A DNA stretch of 64,000 nt, from assembly GCA_958403395.1 (NCBI GenBank), contig CATXXF010000005.1:2764-66763 (forward strand), in the 5' to 3' direction. Numbering within the stretch: the stretch's first letter is position 1; the number at the start of each line of letters is the position of its first letter. The notes below the pieces were generated by a model. The model was not told where the DNA came from. It saw nothing but the letters and a program-made list of their open reading frames with translations, and made no database searches. The stretch comes from an uncultured Collinsella sp. Its GTDB lineage: Bacteria; Actinomycetota; Coriobacteriia; Coriobacteriales; Coriobacteriaceae. Made by a program: the position numbers and the translations under genes. Of the stretch, positions 48,703-58,828 are shown piece after piece.

Positions 48703-51700
48703 ATGCCCACTACCTCAACCGACCCGCGCGCCGCTGCCGCCGCGCTGCTGGTGCCCGGCACTACCTGCCACGGCTTTGCCGTCGAGCGCTGCGAGACCGT
48801 GCCTGAGCTCGACTCGGACGCCTACGTGCTGCGCCACACTGCCTCGGGCGCTCGCCTGCTGTACCTGGCATGCGACGACGAGAACAAGGCCTTTGCCATT
48901 GGCTTTAAGACGCCGCCGGCCGATTCCACCGGCGTGTTCCATATTCTTGAGCACTCGGTGCTGTGCGGATCGGCCAAGTTTCCCGTCAAGGAGCCGTTTG
49001 TCGACCTGATCAAGAGCTCCATGCAGACGTTCCTCAACGCCATGACCTACCCCGACAAGACCATCTACCCCGTTGCCACCACCAACGAGCAGGATCTGTA
49101 CAACCTGATGGACGTGTACCTGGACGCGGTGTTCAACCCGGCCATCTATACCAAGCCCACCATTTTTGAGCAGGAGGGCTGGCACTACGAACTGGACCTG
49201 CCGGAGGGCGACGGCGACAGCAGCGCCGCGAGCCTGCACGAGGGCACGCTGCGTTATAACGGCGTGGTGTTCAACGAGATGAAGGGCGCGCTGTCCGACC
49301 CCATGAGTGTGCTGGACGATGCCGTCAACGCCGCGCTCTATCCCGACACCGCCTATGCACACGAGAGCGGTGGCGACCCGCGCGCGATTCCCGCGCTCAC
49401 CTACGAGCAGTTCCTGGACACGCACGCGCGCCACTACAATCCTTCCAACTCCTATATCACGCTCTACGGCGACCTGGACGTGGACCGCGCGCTGGCCTTT
49501 TTGGACGAGCGCTATCTGTCGCAGCCGAGTGCCGCGAGCCGCCGCATGGACGCAGCCGTTGCCGCCGGCGAGGACCCGTCCGCGCTGGCACCCAATCCGC
49601 TGGACGTGCAGGAGCCTGTGACCTGCGAGTACAAGCGCGTCGAGATGGCCACTACACCCGAGAACGCCCTGGTAGGCCTGGGCCTGGTGCTGGGCAGCGC
49701 GCTCGACCGCAAACGCACGATCGCGGCGGATATCCTGTTTGAGGCACTGCTGGGCTCCAACGAAGCGCCGGTTAAGAAGGCCATTCTGGCCGCTGGCCTG
49801 GGCGGCAACGTGGTGAGCTACACCGCGGCCGAGAGTCTGCAGCCCTACGAGCTCATCATGCTGCAAAACGCGCAGCCCGGCGTGGCGCGCGAGCTGCGCC
49901 GCGTGTTCCAGGACGCCTGCCGCGACCTGTGCGAGCACGGCGTTCCGCGCGAGCGCCTGGAGGCTATCATCAGCAGCAACGGGTACGACCTGCGCCAGCG
50001 CGACTACGGTATCGCCGACGGCGTGGCCATTGCGTGCGACGCGCTGAGCACGTGGCTCTACGATGACGACGCCGCGACGCTGGCGCTCAAGTACGGCCCG
50101 GTGTACGAGGAGCTGCGTAGCGAGCTGGACGGCAGCTATTTTGAGGACCTGCTGCGCGAGCTGGTGCTGCAGAACAATCACATGGCACTGGTCGAGCTGG
50201 TGCCGGTGGACGCCGCCGAGGGTTCGGAGGGTGCCGAGGCCGCCGAGCTGGCAGCCAAGTGCGATGCCATGACTGATGCCGAGCTGGCCGACATGGTCGA
50301 GCGCACGGCCGCGCTGCGTGCCGCACAGGAGGCGGAAGACACGCCCGAGGCCAAGGCCACGCTGCCGCGCCTGCGCGTGTCCGACATTGGCGAGGCGCGC
50401 CCCGAGCCGCCGCTGGTCGTAGACACGACCGCGCCCATTCCCTGCCTGCGCCACGGCATCCCCACCAACCGTTTGGCCTACGCCATGCAGTATTTCGACC
50501 TGAGCTGCGTCGCGTTTGAGGATCTGCCCTATGTGACGCTGCTCTGCCGCCTGCTCAAGCAGCTGCCCACACGCGAGCATTCGGCCGAGGAGCTCGACAA
50601 CTTGCTCGCCGGCAAGCTGGGCTTTTTGAGCTTTACGACCGAGGTCATAACCCAGCCCGACGTGGACGGCGTGCGCCCCTATCTGCTGGTGAGCGCCGGA
50701 GCCCTGTCCGAGAAGATCGATGCGCTGGCGAGCCTGCCGCGCGAGGTGTGGTCGAGCACGCTTTTGGCAGACGCCGACGCCGACCGCGTGCGAGACGTGC
50801 TCACGCAGATTCGCATTGGGCTTGAGCAGGGCTTTATCAACAACGGCCACTCGGCGGCGCTCGGTCGCGCGATGAGCTACAGCTCGCCTTCGGCCGTGGT
50901 GCGTGAGCAGCTCTCGGGCGTAGACTTCTACCTGTTCCTGCGCGATTTGCTCGAGCACTTTGACGAGCGCGTGGACGGGCTGCGTACCAAGCTTGCCGAG
51001 CTGGCGGAGCGCATCTTTGTGGCCGATGGCTGCATGGCGAGCTTTACCGGCAGCGACGAGGACTTTGACGCGTACTGGGATGCCGCGGGCGACCTGGGGC
51101 TGGATGCGGGCGATGGTGCCGGCCGCGACGCGCTCGCGGTGCCGGCGCCGTGCGACCGCCACGAGGCTTTCGTGATCCCCAGCGACATCTGCTTTGCCGC
51201 GCGTGCGTGCGATCCGCGTCGCCTGGGCATTGACGTGACAGGCGCTTGGGCCGTGGCTGCCAACGCGCTCTCCTACGATTACCTGTGGAACGAGATTCGC
51301 GTGAAGGGCGGTGCGTACGGCTGCGGATTCCGCGCAGCCGGCGAGCGCCAGACGGCGTTCTACACCTACCGCGACCCGGCGATCGATCCTTCGATTGAGC
51401 GCGTGGAGCGCGCGGGCGCATGGCTTGGCAGCTTTGAGCCCGACGAGGCCGCCTTTGAGGGCTTTATTGTGAGCTGCGTGAGCGGCATGGACGCGCCGGT
51501 GAAGCCGTACGCGCTCACCAAGCGCCGCAACACGACCTACCTGGCCGGGCTCGATCCGCATGCGCGCGAGGAGCGTCGCGCCCAGATGCTCGCCGCCACG
51601 CCCGGTGAGCTGCGCTCGCTCGGCGCCGACGTGACGCGCATCGCAGCCGAGTCGCCCACCTGCGTCTTTGGCGGCCGAGACGTCATCGCCAAGAGCAACG

Positions 51701-51732
51701 CCGGCCTTAACGTCATCGACCTGCTGGGCTAA
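48703..51732 (+). CDS. M16C insulinase-family peptidase (presequence protease-like)
   Basis: HILEHSVLCGS, FLNAMTYPD, GVVFNEMKG, IRVKGGAYG, YRDP; AAGGAG RBS. Confidence 0.93.
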   Translation: MPTTSTDPRAAAAALLVPGTTCHGFAVERCETVPELDSDAYVLRHTASGARLLYLACDDENKAFAIGFKTPPADSTGVFHILEHSVLCGSAKFPVKEPFVDLIKSSMQTFLNAMTYPDKTIYPVATTNEQDLYNLMDVYLDAVFNPAIYTKPTIFEQEGWHYELDLPEGDGDSSAASLHEGTLRYNGVVFNEMKGALSDPMSVLDDAVNAALYPDTAYAHESGGDPRAIPALTYEQFLDTHARHYNPSNSYITLYGDLDVDRALAFLDERYLSQPSAASRRMDAAVAAGEDPSALAPNPLDVQEPVTCEYKRVEMATTPENALVGLGLVLGSALDRKRTIAADILFEALLGSNEAPVKKAILAAGLGGNVVSYTAAESLQPYELIMLQNAQPGVARELRRVFQDACRDLCEHGVPRERLEAIISSNGYDLRQRDYGIADGVAIACDALSTWLYDDDAATLALKYGPVYEELRSELDGSYFEDLLRELVLQNNHMALVELVPVDAAEGSEGAEAAELAAKCDAMTDAELADMVERTAALRAAQEAEDTPEAKATLPRLRVSDIGEARPEPPLVVDTTAPIPCLRHGIPTNRLAYAMQYFDLSCVAFEDLPYVTLLCRLLKQLPTREHSAEELDNLLAGKLGFLSFTTEVITQPDVDGVRPYLLVSAGALSEKIDALASLPREVWSSTLLADADADRVRDVLTQIRIGLEQGFINNGHSAALGRAMSYSSPSAVVREQLSGVDFYLFLRDLLEHFDERVDGLRTKLAELAERIFVADGCMASFTGSDEDFDAYWDAAGDLGLDAGDGAGRDALAVPAPCDRHEAFVIPSDICFAARACDPRRLGIDVTGAWAVAANALSYDYLWNEIRVKGGAYGCGFRAAGERQTAFYTYRDPAIDPSIERVERAGAWLGSFEPDEAAFEGFIVSCVSGMDAPVKPYALTKRRNTTYLAGLDPHAREERRAQMLAATPGELRSLGADVTRIAAESPTCVFGGRDVIAKSNAGLNVIDLLG

Positions 51733-51737
51733 CGCAC

Positions 51738-51778
51738 AAAGGTAGATTTTTGGGACATGCCCGGAAATCTACCTTTTT
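51738..51778 (+). terminator. Intrinsic terminator
   Basis: AAAGGTAGATTT...AAATCTACCTTTTT. Confidence 0.8.
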
Positions 51779-51809
51779 CTGCGGCTTGGGCGAGGCGGCG
51801 CAGCCCACC

Positions 51810-51967
51810 GCGGCGGTTTGTCTCAATCTGTAACATCTAGACGGCTATATCGGCTCCAGATGTTACAGATCGAGACGTTCCCGAACGGCACCAGCTCTTT
51901 GTCTCAATCTGTAACATCTAAGTTCAATTTTGCCGAGTTACTGTTACAGATCGAGACAAACCGCCGC
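51810..51967. repeat. 158-bp MITE/REPIN-like element with 26-bp terminal inverted repeats
   Basis: GCGGCGGTTTGTCTCAATCTGTAACA / TGTTACAGATCGAGACAAACCGCCGC (1 mismatch); two internal hairpin units with 81-bp period. Confidence 0.75.
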
Positions 51968-52035
51968 AGACGCCCATCACAGCACAGACCACCACGAAGG
52001 TGCATGTATCCCCTTCGTGGTTGTTTTGCTGTTTG

Positions 52036-52080
52036 CCCAGATAAAACCTGCCAAAATAAACCTGTCCCTTTTTGGCAGGT
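52036..52080 (+). repeat. 45-bp REP-like element, copy 1
   Basis: CCCAGATAAAACCTGCCAAAATAAACCTGTCCCTTTTTGGCAGGT. Confidence 0.85.
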
Positions 52081-52098
52081 TTGGGAGAGAGGGCCGGG

Positions 52099-52695
52099 AT
52101 GGACAAGGCTGAGTTGCGGCGGGCGGTGATTGCTCGGCGCGATGCTCTTGATTTGGACTTGCGGGCAGCGAAGTCTGCCGTTATCTGCGCGCGGCTTGTT
52201 GAGCTGTTGGATCGCTTGGATGCCGCGGCGCCGCACACCGTTGCCATCTATGCCGCGATGGGCTCCGAAGTTGACCCAGCCGCGTTTGCCGCTGCGGCCG
52301 CCAAACGCGGCTGGCGCGTGGCCTATCCGTGCATGCTCTCGGCAATTGATGCCGCAGCTTGTGGCCAGCGCATGTGCATGCGGGCAGTTGCCGCCGACGA
52401 TGCGTCCGCGGCTCCGTTTATCGCCCACCCCACACGGGCTTTCGCGGCCATAAACATCGACAGCGGCCGCTTCCCTATCGTGCCTGCCGAAGCTCTCGAC
52501 ATGATCGTCGTGCCGCTCGTAGCATTCGACCGCGCCGGCACACGCCTAGGCTACGGCGGCGGCTGCTATGACCGCTACCTGCCCATGCTCTCGCCCGTAT
52601 GTCAAATCGTCGGCATCGCCTTTGACGAACAGCGCGTCGGCCACGTTCCCACCGACGCCCACGACCTGCCGCTGCCCCACATCGTCAGCGCCTAA
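52099..52695 (+). CDS. 5-formyltetrahydrofolate cyclo-ligase
   Basis: MDKAELRR, SEVD, VPLVAFD...RLGYGGGCYDRYL, HDLP. Confidence 0.92.
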   Translation: MDKAELRRAVIARRDALDLDLRAAKSAVICARLVELLDRLDAAAPHTVAIYAAMGSEVDPAAFAAAAAKRGWRVAYPCMLSAIDAAACGQRMCMRAVAADDASAAPFIAHPTRAFAAINIDSGRFPIVPAEALDMIVVPLVAFDRAGTRLGYGGGCYDRYLPMLSPVCQIVGIAFDEQRVGHVPTDAHDLPLPHIVSA

Positions 52696-52718
52696 CGGCT
52701 GGCGCACCTCCCGACGGC

Positions 52719-53645
52719 CTAGTGCTCCTCGCCGGCGCGGGCCAGGTCGTAGGGCGTGGTCTGGTAGACGTAGTAGTTGAGCCAGTTGGTGTAGAGCAAC
52801 TGAGCCTGGCTGCGCCAGACGTTGCGCGGCTCGGCCGTGGGGTCGTCATTCGGGAAGTAATGCGCCGGAACCTGGGGGTTGAGTCCGCGCTTCACGTCGC
52901 GCTCGTACTCCAGGCGCAACGTGTCGGTATCGTACTCGGGATGGCCAAAGACAAAGAAGCGACGGCTGTCGGTCGACTTGACGATGTACAGGCCCACCTC
53001 GTCGGACACGGCCACGACCTCAAGCTGCGGCTCGGCCTCTACGTCCTCGCGGCGCACATCGGTGTTGCGCGAATGCACGGCATAGAAACGGTCGTCAAAG
53101 CCGCGAACCAGCGGGCTTTGCGGCTTCACCAGATAATGCTCGAACACGCCGCTCGCCTTTGTCGGCAGGTCGTGCTTCTGGATACCGTAATGATGGTACA
53201 GGCCGGCCTGTGCGCCCCAACAAATGTGCAGCGTAGAGTGCACGTGCGTGGTGGACCAATCCATAATCTGGCAGAGCTCGGGCCAGTAGTCGACCTCCTC
53301 GAACGGCATCTGTTCCACCGGCGCGCCCGTGATGATCAGGCCGTCGTAGTGGATGTCGCGGATGTCGTCGAACGTGCGGTAGAACGTCTCCAGGTGGCCA
53401 GCGCTCACGTGCGTGGCCTCGTGCGTCTTGGTGCGCAGCAGGTCCACCTCCACCTGTAGCGGCGTGTTGGAGAGCTTGCGCATGATCTGCGTCTCGGTGG
53501 CGATCTTGGTGGGCATGAGGTTGAGGATGAGCACGCGCAGCGGACGGATGTCCTGGTGCAGCGCGCGGTACTCGGTCATGACAAAGATGTTCTCGCTCTC
53601 GAGCTGCGCGGCGGCAGGGAGGGCGTCGGGAATGCGAATGGGCAT
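52719..53645 (-). CDS. metA: Homoserine O-acetyltransferase (MetA family, acetyl type)
   Basis: LNLMP, ICWGAQ, GHPEY; TGAPVE has Glu at the specificity position (Gly in succinyltransferases). Confidence 0.93.
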   Translation of the reverse strand: MPIRIPDALPAAAQLESENIFVMTEYRALHQDIRPLRVLILNLMPTKIATETQIMRKLSNTPLQVEVDLLRTKTHEATHVSAGHLETFYRTFDDIRDIHYDGLIITGAPVEQMPFEEVDYWPELCQIMDWSTTHVHSTLHICWGAQAGLYHHYGIQKHDLPTKASGVFEHYLVKPQSPLVRGFDDRFYAVHSRNTDVRREDVEAEPQLEVVAVSDEVGLYIVKSTDSRRFFVFGHPEYDTDTLRLEYERDVKRGLNPQVPAHYFPNDDPTAEPRNVWRSQAQLLYTNWLNYYVYQTTPYDLARAGEEH

Positions 53646-53856
53646 GGATGCTCCTTACGAGTCAGTTGCAGCTATGGTACAACGAGCAGCCCTATCCGCG
53701 CGAGCACATCGCCCAGCGATGCCGTCAGCGGCCCAAATCACTCCAAAAGTAGAGATTAAGGCATGTGCCAAAAATCTACAGCGCTTTAGTCTAGCAAAGT
53801 GACGGCAGGACGCTACAATGGTTCGACGCGAAAAACTCGGCCGGAAGGATACTCAT

Positions 53857-54834
53857 ATGTACCAGACGCGTAAGATCGGTGTGGTCGGCCAGGGCCACGT
53901 AGGAGCACATGTCGCCAACAGCCTGCTCATGCAGGGCATTGCCGATGAGCTGTACCTGTGCGATATCAACGAGGCCAAGGTGACGTCCGAGGTCCAGGAC
54001 CTGCGCGACTCCCTTTCGTTTGTCCCGTACAACACCAAGATCGTCAACTGCTACGACCACTACGAGGAGCTTGCCTGCTGCGACGTCATCGTCAACGCCG
54101 CCGGCAAGGTCGCGCTGGCCGCCGGCAACCGCGACGGCGAGCTGTTCTTTACCACCGACGCCGCCCGCACCTTTGCCAAGCGCATCGTCGACGCCGGCTT
54201 TGACGGCATCTTCGTGAGCATCTCCAACCCCTGCGACGTCGTGTGCACCGAGCTGTGGCACCTGACCGGCTACGATCCCAAGAAGATCATCGGCTCGGGC
54301 TGCGGCCTGGACTCCGCCCGCCTGCGCACCGAGATCTCCAAGAAGGTCGGCGTGAGCCCCAAGTCCATCGACGCCTACATGATCGGCGAGCACGGCTTTA
54401 GCCAGCTTGCCGCCTTTAAGGCCGCAACCATCGCCGGCAAGAGCCTCAACGAACTTCAAGCCGAGAACCCCGACAAGTATGCCTTCGACCACATGGAGGT
54501 CGAGGAGCTCGCACGCAAGGGCGGCTACGTAACCTACCAGGGCAAGCAGTGCACCGAGTATGCTGTTGCCAACTCCGCCGCGCGCGTCTGCGCCGCCGTG
54601 CTGCACAACGAGCACGCCGTGCTTTCGGCCTCTACGCTCATGACCGGCCAGTATGGCGAGGAGGGCATCTTCACCTCCCTGCCGTGCGTGATCGGCGCCG
54701 AGGGCGTCGAGGAGGTCTACACGCTCGACCTGTCCGAGCACGAGCTCGAGGGCTTCCACAAGAGCTGCCAGCACATCCGCGACAACATCGCACAGCTCGA
54801 CTGGTGGGACGCCGAGGCTTACGACGCGAAGTAG
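53857..54834 (+). CDS. L-lactate / L-2-hydroxyacid dehydrogenase family
   Basis: GQGHVG, SNPCD, LDSAR, GEHG; ATG 53857 after GGAAGGA. Confidence 0.88.
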   Translation: MYQTRKIGVVGQGHVGAHVANSLLMQGIADELYLCDINEAKVTSEVQDLRDSLSFVPYNTKIVNCYDHYEELACCDVIVNAAGKVALAAGNRDGELFFTTDAARTFAKRIVDAGFDGIFVSISNPCDVVCTELWHLTGYDPKKIIGSGCGLDSARLRTEISKKVGVSPKSIDAYMIGEHGFSQLAAFKAATIAGKSLNELQAENPDKYAFDHMEVEELARKGGYVTYQGKQCTEYAVANSAARVCAAVLHNEHAVLSASTLMTGQYGEEGIFTSLPCVIGAEGVEEVYTLDLSEHELEGFHKSCQHIRDNIAQLDWWDAEAYDAK

Positions 54835-54875
54835 GCCGCCGGCCGCCGCAACCTTGCGAATCTAAGCGCGATACT

Positions 54876-54916
54876 AAGCGGGCCGCGCCGGAAATCCCCG
54901 GCACGGCCCGCTTTTT
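54876..54916 (+). terminator. Intrinsic terminator
   Basis: AAGCGGGCCG...CGGCCCGCTTTTT. Confidence 0.75.
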
Positions 54917-54965
54917 GACTCACACGGCACGCTTGCGAATCGAAGGTGAATGCTTTTCCCGTTAC

Positions 54966-55934
54966 TTAGTACTGCTCGATGCCCATGTAGCGACGAACCT
55001 CGGGGCTGTGATCGAACACCTTGCCGCGTGCGGCGCGCAGCTCGCAGCTCATGTTGTAGAAGAAGACCGGCTCCAGGTACGAACGCACGCTGACAGGTAC
55101 CTCGCCCACGCCGTACTCGAGCGCGTCGAGCACCATGATCGTGTCGGTGTGCGTGTTGAGGAACGCCAGCGCGCGCTCCTCCATGGGGCGGCACTCGCCC
55201 GATCCGAGCTGCACAAAGTAGAACACACCGGGCTCGGTGGCCTCGAACGGGCCGTGGAAGTACTCGCCGGAGTGGATATAGCAGCAGTGCTGCCACTGCA
55301 TCTCCATGAGCGAGCAGATGGCCATGGCGTAGGTCTGGCTAAAGTTAGGGCCGGAGCCCAGGATATAGAAGAACTTGTGCTGCTGGCAGAGCTCGGCAAA
55401 GCGGGCGCCCAGCTCGGCGTTGACCTTCTCGCGGGCGGCGGGCAGCAGTGCATCCATCTGCTTGAGGCCCTCGTACATGTCGGCGAGTGCCTCGTAGCCT
55501 TCCTGCTGGTCGAGCAGCTCGGCGGCGATCAGAGCGCCGATGCCCTGAGGCACCTCGGCCTGCGACACGCCCTCGCCCCAGGGGTAGACCCAGGTGGTCC
55601 ACTTGCCGCTATCGATCTTGGAGCCCTCGCAGTCGGTGAGGGCGACGACCTCGGCGCCGGCAGCCAACGCCATCTCGCAGCCGTCGACGACCTCCTGCGT
55701 GTTGCCGCTGTGGCTGCAGGCAATAACGAGCGACTTCGGCCCTAGGCTCTTGGGGGCCATCAGGCAAAACTCGCGTGCCGTGTAGACCGTCGAGGTAAAC
55801 GTGGTGGCCTCGCGCTTGAGCAGCTCGTTGGCCGGCATCAGGTCGATCATCGAACCGCCACAAGCGATCCAAAAGACGTTCTCAATCTTGCCCTTGCGCT
55901 CGATGATTTCCTGAATCAGATCGTGTGCGTTCAT
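54966..55934 (-). CDS. frlB: SIS-domain fructosamine-6-phosphate deglycase (FrlB-like)
   Basis: ACGGS, SHSGNT.E, LMEMQW, SGEYFHGPFE, RRYMG. Confidence 0.82.
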   Translation of the reverse strand: MNAHDLIQEIIERKGKIENVFWIACGGSMIDLMPANELLKREATTFTSTVYTAREFCLMAPKSLGPKSLVIACSHSGNTQEVVDGCEMALAAGAEVVALTDCEGSKIDSGKWTTWVYPWGEGVSQAEVPQGIGALIAAELLDQQEGYEALADMYEGLKQMDALLPAAREKVNAELGARFAELCQQHKFFYILGSGPNFSQTYAMAICSLMEMQWQHCCYIHSGEYFHGPFEATEPGVFYFVQLGSGECRPMEERALAFLNTHTDTIMVLDALEYGVGEVPVSVRSYLEPVFFYNMSCELRAARGKVFDHSPEVRRYMGIEQY

Positions 55935-55990
55935 CCTGATGTTCCTCCTTGTGCGGCGGTTTTGAGCGACGGCAGCTCGTACCTGCTGTC

Positions 55991-56069
55991 GTTCTATGTT
56001 GTCCTATTTATAACACGTGCAACAACGCCCGTGAAGTCATCTCGGCAAATTTGTTCTATGTTGTTCTAT
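55991..56069 (-). promoter_or_regulatory. Paired operator-like repeats flanking the frlB promoter
   Basis: GTTCTATGTTGTCCTAT (55991) and GTTCTATGTTGTTCTAT (56053). Confidence 0.6.
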
Positions 56070-56078
56070 CTGTGGACG

Positions 56079-56843
56079 TTAGATGTCGAATACGTAGCGC
56101 GAGCCCACGATCTTTTGGCGGCCGAGCAGCAAGGGGCGCTCGTCCTCATCGGTAAAGTACGCCTCCATATAGAAGAGCGGCTCACCGACCGGCACCTCCA
56201 GCAGCGGGGCCGCCTGAGCATCGGCAAGCGCAATCTCCACGGTGCAGGGGTCGGACTTGAGCGGCGCGCGACCCGAATGCTCGGCAACGAGCGCAAAGAT
56301 GGAATTGTCCGTGAGGTCCTTGTCGGCAAGCGTCTGCAGGTAGGGATGGTCGGCCAGCACAAAGGCGTTGTTCTCGAGCATAACGGGCACGCCATCTGCC
56401 GTGCGCACGCGCTCGACCACGATGAGCTCGCAGCCGGGCTCCACGCCAAAGAACGCCGCGTCCTCGCGCGTCGCCGCGACCACCGTGCGCGACACCAGAC
56501 GCGCACCCGGCACCATGTCGTTGGCAGCGCAACCCTCAGAAAAGCTCTGAACGTCACCCTTCTGGCGAATCTTGCGCTTGAGCTTGGGAGCGCACACAAA
56601 GGTACCCCTCCCCTGCTGGCGGTTGAGATACCCCGCGCGCGACAGCTCCTCGATGGCACGGCGCACGGTGATGCGCCCCACGCCGTAGGACTTCGCGAGC
56701 TCCATCTCGGAAGGAATGCGCGAGCCGGCCACGTACACGCCGCGCGCGATCTCGCCCTTTAGGTCGTCCATGACCTGCTGGTACAGCGGCACGGCGGACA
56801 CTTCGGCGCGCTCGGAACGTTCGGTCTTGCTATCGGCTACCAT
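56079..56843 (-). CDS. GntR (HutC/UTRA) transcriptional regulator, FrlR-like
   Basis: PLYQQV, IPSEMEL, TVRRA, QGRGTFV plus UTRA domain. Confidence 0.9.
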   Translation of the reverse strand: MVADSKTERSERAEVSAVPLYQQVMDDLKGEIARGVYVAGSRIPSEMELAKSYGVGRITVRRAIEELSRAGYLNRQQGRGTFVCAPKLKRKIRQKGDVQSFSEGCAANDMVPGARLVSRTVVAATREDAAFFGVEPGCELIVVERVRTADGVPVMLENNAFVLADHPYLQTLADKDLTDNSIFALVAEHSGRAPLKSDPCTVEIALADAQAAPLLEVPVGEPLFYMEAYFTDEDERPLLLGRQKIVGSRYVFDI

Positions 56844-56845
56844 CG

Positions 56846-58828
56846 TTATGCTCCATCCCGCGCATGCTCGGACTCAAACTCTTCAATCGCCGCCATAAAC
56901 TGCTCGCCAAAGGCGTCGGCCTTTTTCTCGCCAATGCCGTTGACTTGGATCAGCTCGTCGCGTGTCTGCGGGCGCAGGCGGCACAGGCCGCGCAGAGCCT
57001 TGTCGGAAAAGACCATGTACGGCGCCATCTCCAGCTCCGTCGAGATCTCCTTGCGCAGGGCACGCAGGCGCTCGAACAGCTCGGCATCGTCGCCAACGCG
57101 CGGGCGCTGATCCATCTCGGCCTCCTCGCGCAACAGATCGACGGCGCGGCGGGCGCGGGCCGAGGCCTTGCGCTTGGACGCGCGACGCTTAACGGTAAAG
57201 GCGAACGCCTCGTCCTCGACCTCGCTGGCACGCGGACCCAGCCCCACGACCGGGTACTGCCCCTGCGAGGTGGCCAGGTAGCCGCGGCCGCACAGCTGGC
57301 CGATGATGTCCTTAATGCGCCCGACCGATTCGCTCGACAGCTCACCGTAGCCGTGGTCCTCATCCAGATGCATCTGGCGAATGCGCTCGGTGTTGCCACC
57401 GTGGAGCACGTCGGCGATCAGCGACTTGCCAAAGCGCATGGGACGCGTGGCCACATAGCGCACGGCAGCGCGGGCCATATCGGTGACGTCCTCGACCTCG
57501 AACTGCGTGAGGCAATTGCTGCAGTTGCCGCAGCCCTCGACGTCGTCCATGGTGGTGCCGCCCGCGCCAGCCGAAGCAGCATGCTCGGCCGCGGCCTCGT
57601 CGCCAAAGTAGCGCAGCATGTATTCGCGCAGGCAGCCGGTGGTATTGCAGTAGCCCTCCATCTGGCTGAGCAGACGATATCGATTCTGGAGCGCCCACGC
57701 GCGCTGCTCGTCGTCGAGCGCCTCATCGGCAGCATCGCCGCGGTCGATCAGAAAGCGGCGCATGCGAAAATCGTTGCCGTTCCACAGCAAGTAGCAGCTG
57801 GCCGGGTCGCCATCGCGGCCGGCGCGGCCCGCCTCCTGGTAGTAGGCTTCGATGCTCTCGGGCACGTTGTTGTGGATCACGTAGCGCACGTTGGGCTTGT
57901 CGATGCCCATGCCAAAGGCGTTGGTGGCAACCATCACCTGGATATCGTCGTCGATAAAGGCACGCTGGCTCTGGCGGCGGGCGTCGTTGCCCATGCCGGC
58001 ATGGTAGCGCCCCACACGAATGCCGCTGGGGCCCAGTGCCTCGGCAAGTTCCACGGCCAGCGTATCGACCGTCTTGCGGGTCGAGCAATACACGATGCCG
58101 CTCTCGCTCGAATGCGCGATCACATAGTCGCGCACCCACGCGGTCTTGGCCTTGTCGCCCATCTCCTCGCAACCAAAGTAGAGGTTCTTGCGATCAAAAC
58201 CCGTCACCACGGTCGCGGGGTTTTGCAGGCCGAGCATCTGCTGAATGTCCGCACGCACGCGCTCGGTCGCCGTAGCGGTAAAGGCCGCCACGATAGGGCG
58301 CTGCGGCAGGGAATCGATGAACTCGCGAATCTGCAGATAGGCGGGGCGGAAATCCTGGCCCCATTGGCTCACGCAGTGGGCCTCGTCAATGGCCACGAGC
58401 GGCACGCCAATGCCGCCGTCCGCCGCGGCCTCCTGCGCAAAGGCTAAAAAGCGCGGCTCGAGCAGGCGCTCGGGTGCCACATACATAAGCTGGTAGCGCC
58501 CCTCACGAGCACGCTTGAGCACGGTGTTTTGCTGGGCCGGAGTAAGGCTGGAGTTGAGATAGCTGGGTCGCGCACCCGCCGCGAGCAACGCACGGGTCTG
58601 GTCCTCCATAAGCGACAGCAGCGGATTCACCACAAAGGTGATGCCGGGCAGCATGAGCGCGGGGACCTGGTAGCAAATGGACTTGCCGGCGCCCGTGGGC
58701 ATAACACCCAGCGCATCACGACCGGCAAGAATCGCATCGACCATGCGGTCCTGCCCCGGGCGAAACGAGGTGTAGCCAAAATAGGCGCCGAGCGTGTCGA
58801 GCGCCATCTGCTGCATGCTATCGGTCAT
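56846..58828 (-). CDS. recQ: ATP-dependent DNA helicase RecQ
   Basis: FRPGQ, PTGAGKS, DEAHCVSQWGQDFRP, QEAGRAGRDG, Zn-binding CGNCSNC, RQC and HRDC regions. Confidence 0.95.
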   Translation of the reverse strand: MTDSMQQMALDTLGAYFGYTSFRPGQDRMVDAILAGRDALGVMPTGAGKSICYQVPALMLPGITFVVNPLLSLMEDQTRALLAAGARPSYLNSSLTPAQQNTVLKRAREGRYQLMYVAPERLLEPRFLAFAQEAAADGGIGVPLVAIDEAHCVSQWGQDFRPAYLQIREFIDSLPQRPIVAAFTATATERVRADIQQMLGLQNPATVVTGFDRKNLYFGCEEMGDKAKTAWVRDYVIAHSSESGIVYCSTRKTVDTLAVELAEALGPSGIRVGRYHAGMGNDARRQSQRAFIDDDIQVMVATNAFGMGIDKPNVRYVIHNNVPESIEAYYQEAGRAGRDGDPASCYLLWNGNDFRMRRFLIDRGDAADEALDDEQRAWALQNRYRLLSQMEGYCNTTGCLREYMLRYFGDEAAAEHAASAGAGGTTMDDVEGCGNCSNCLTQFEVEDVTDMARAAVRYVATRPMRFGKSLIADVLHGGNTERIRQMHLDEDHGYGELSSESVGRIKDIIGQLCGRGYLATSQGQYPVVGLGPRASEVEDEAFAFTVKRRASKRKASARARRAVDLLREEAEMDQRPRVGDDAELFERLRALRKEISTELEMAPYMVFSDKALRGLCRLRPQTRDELIQVNGIGEKKADAFGEQFMAAIEEFESEHARDGA

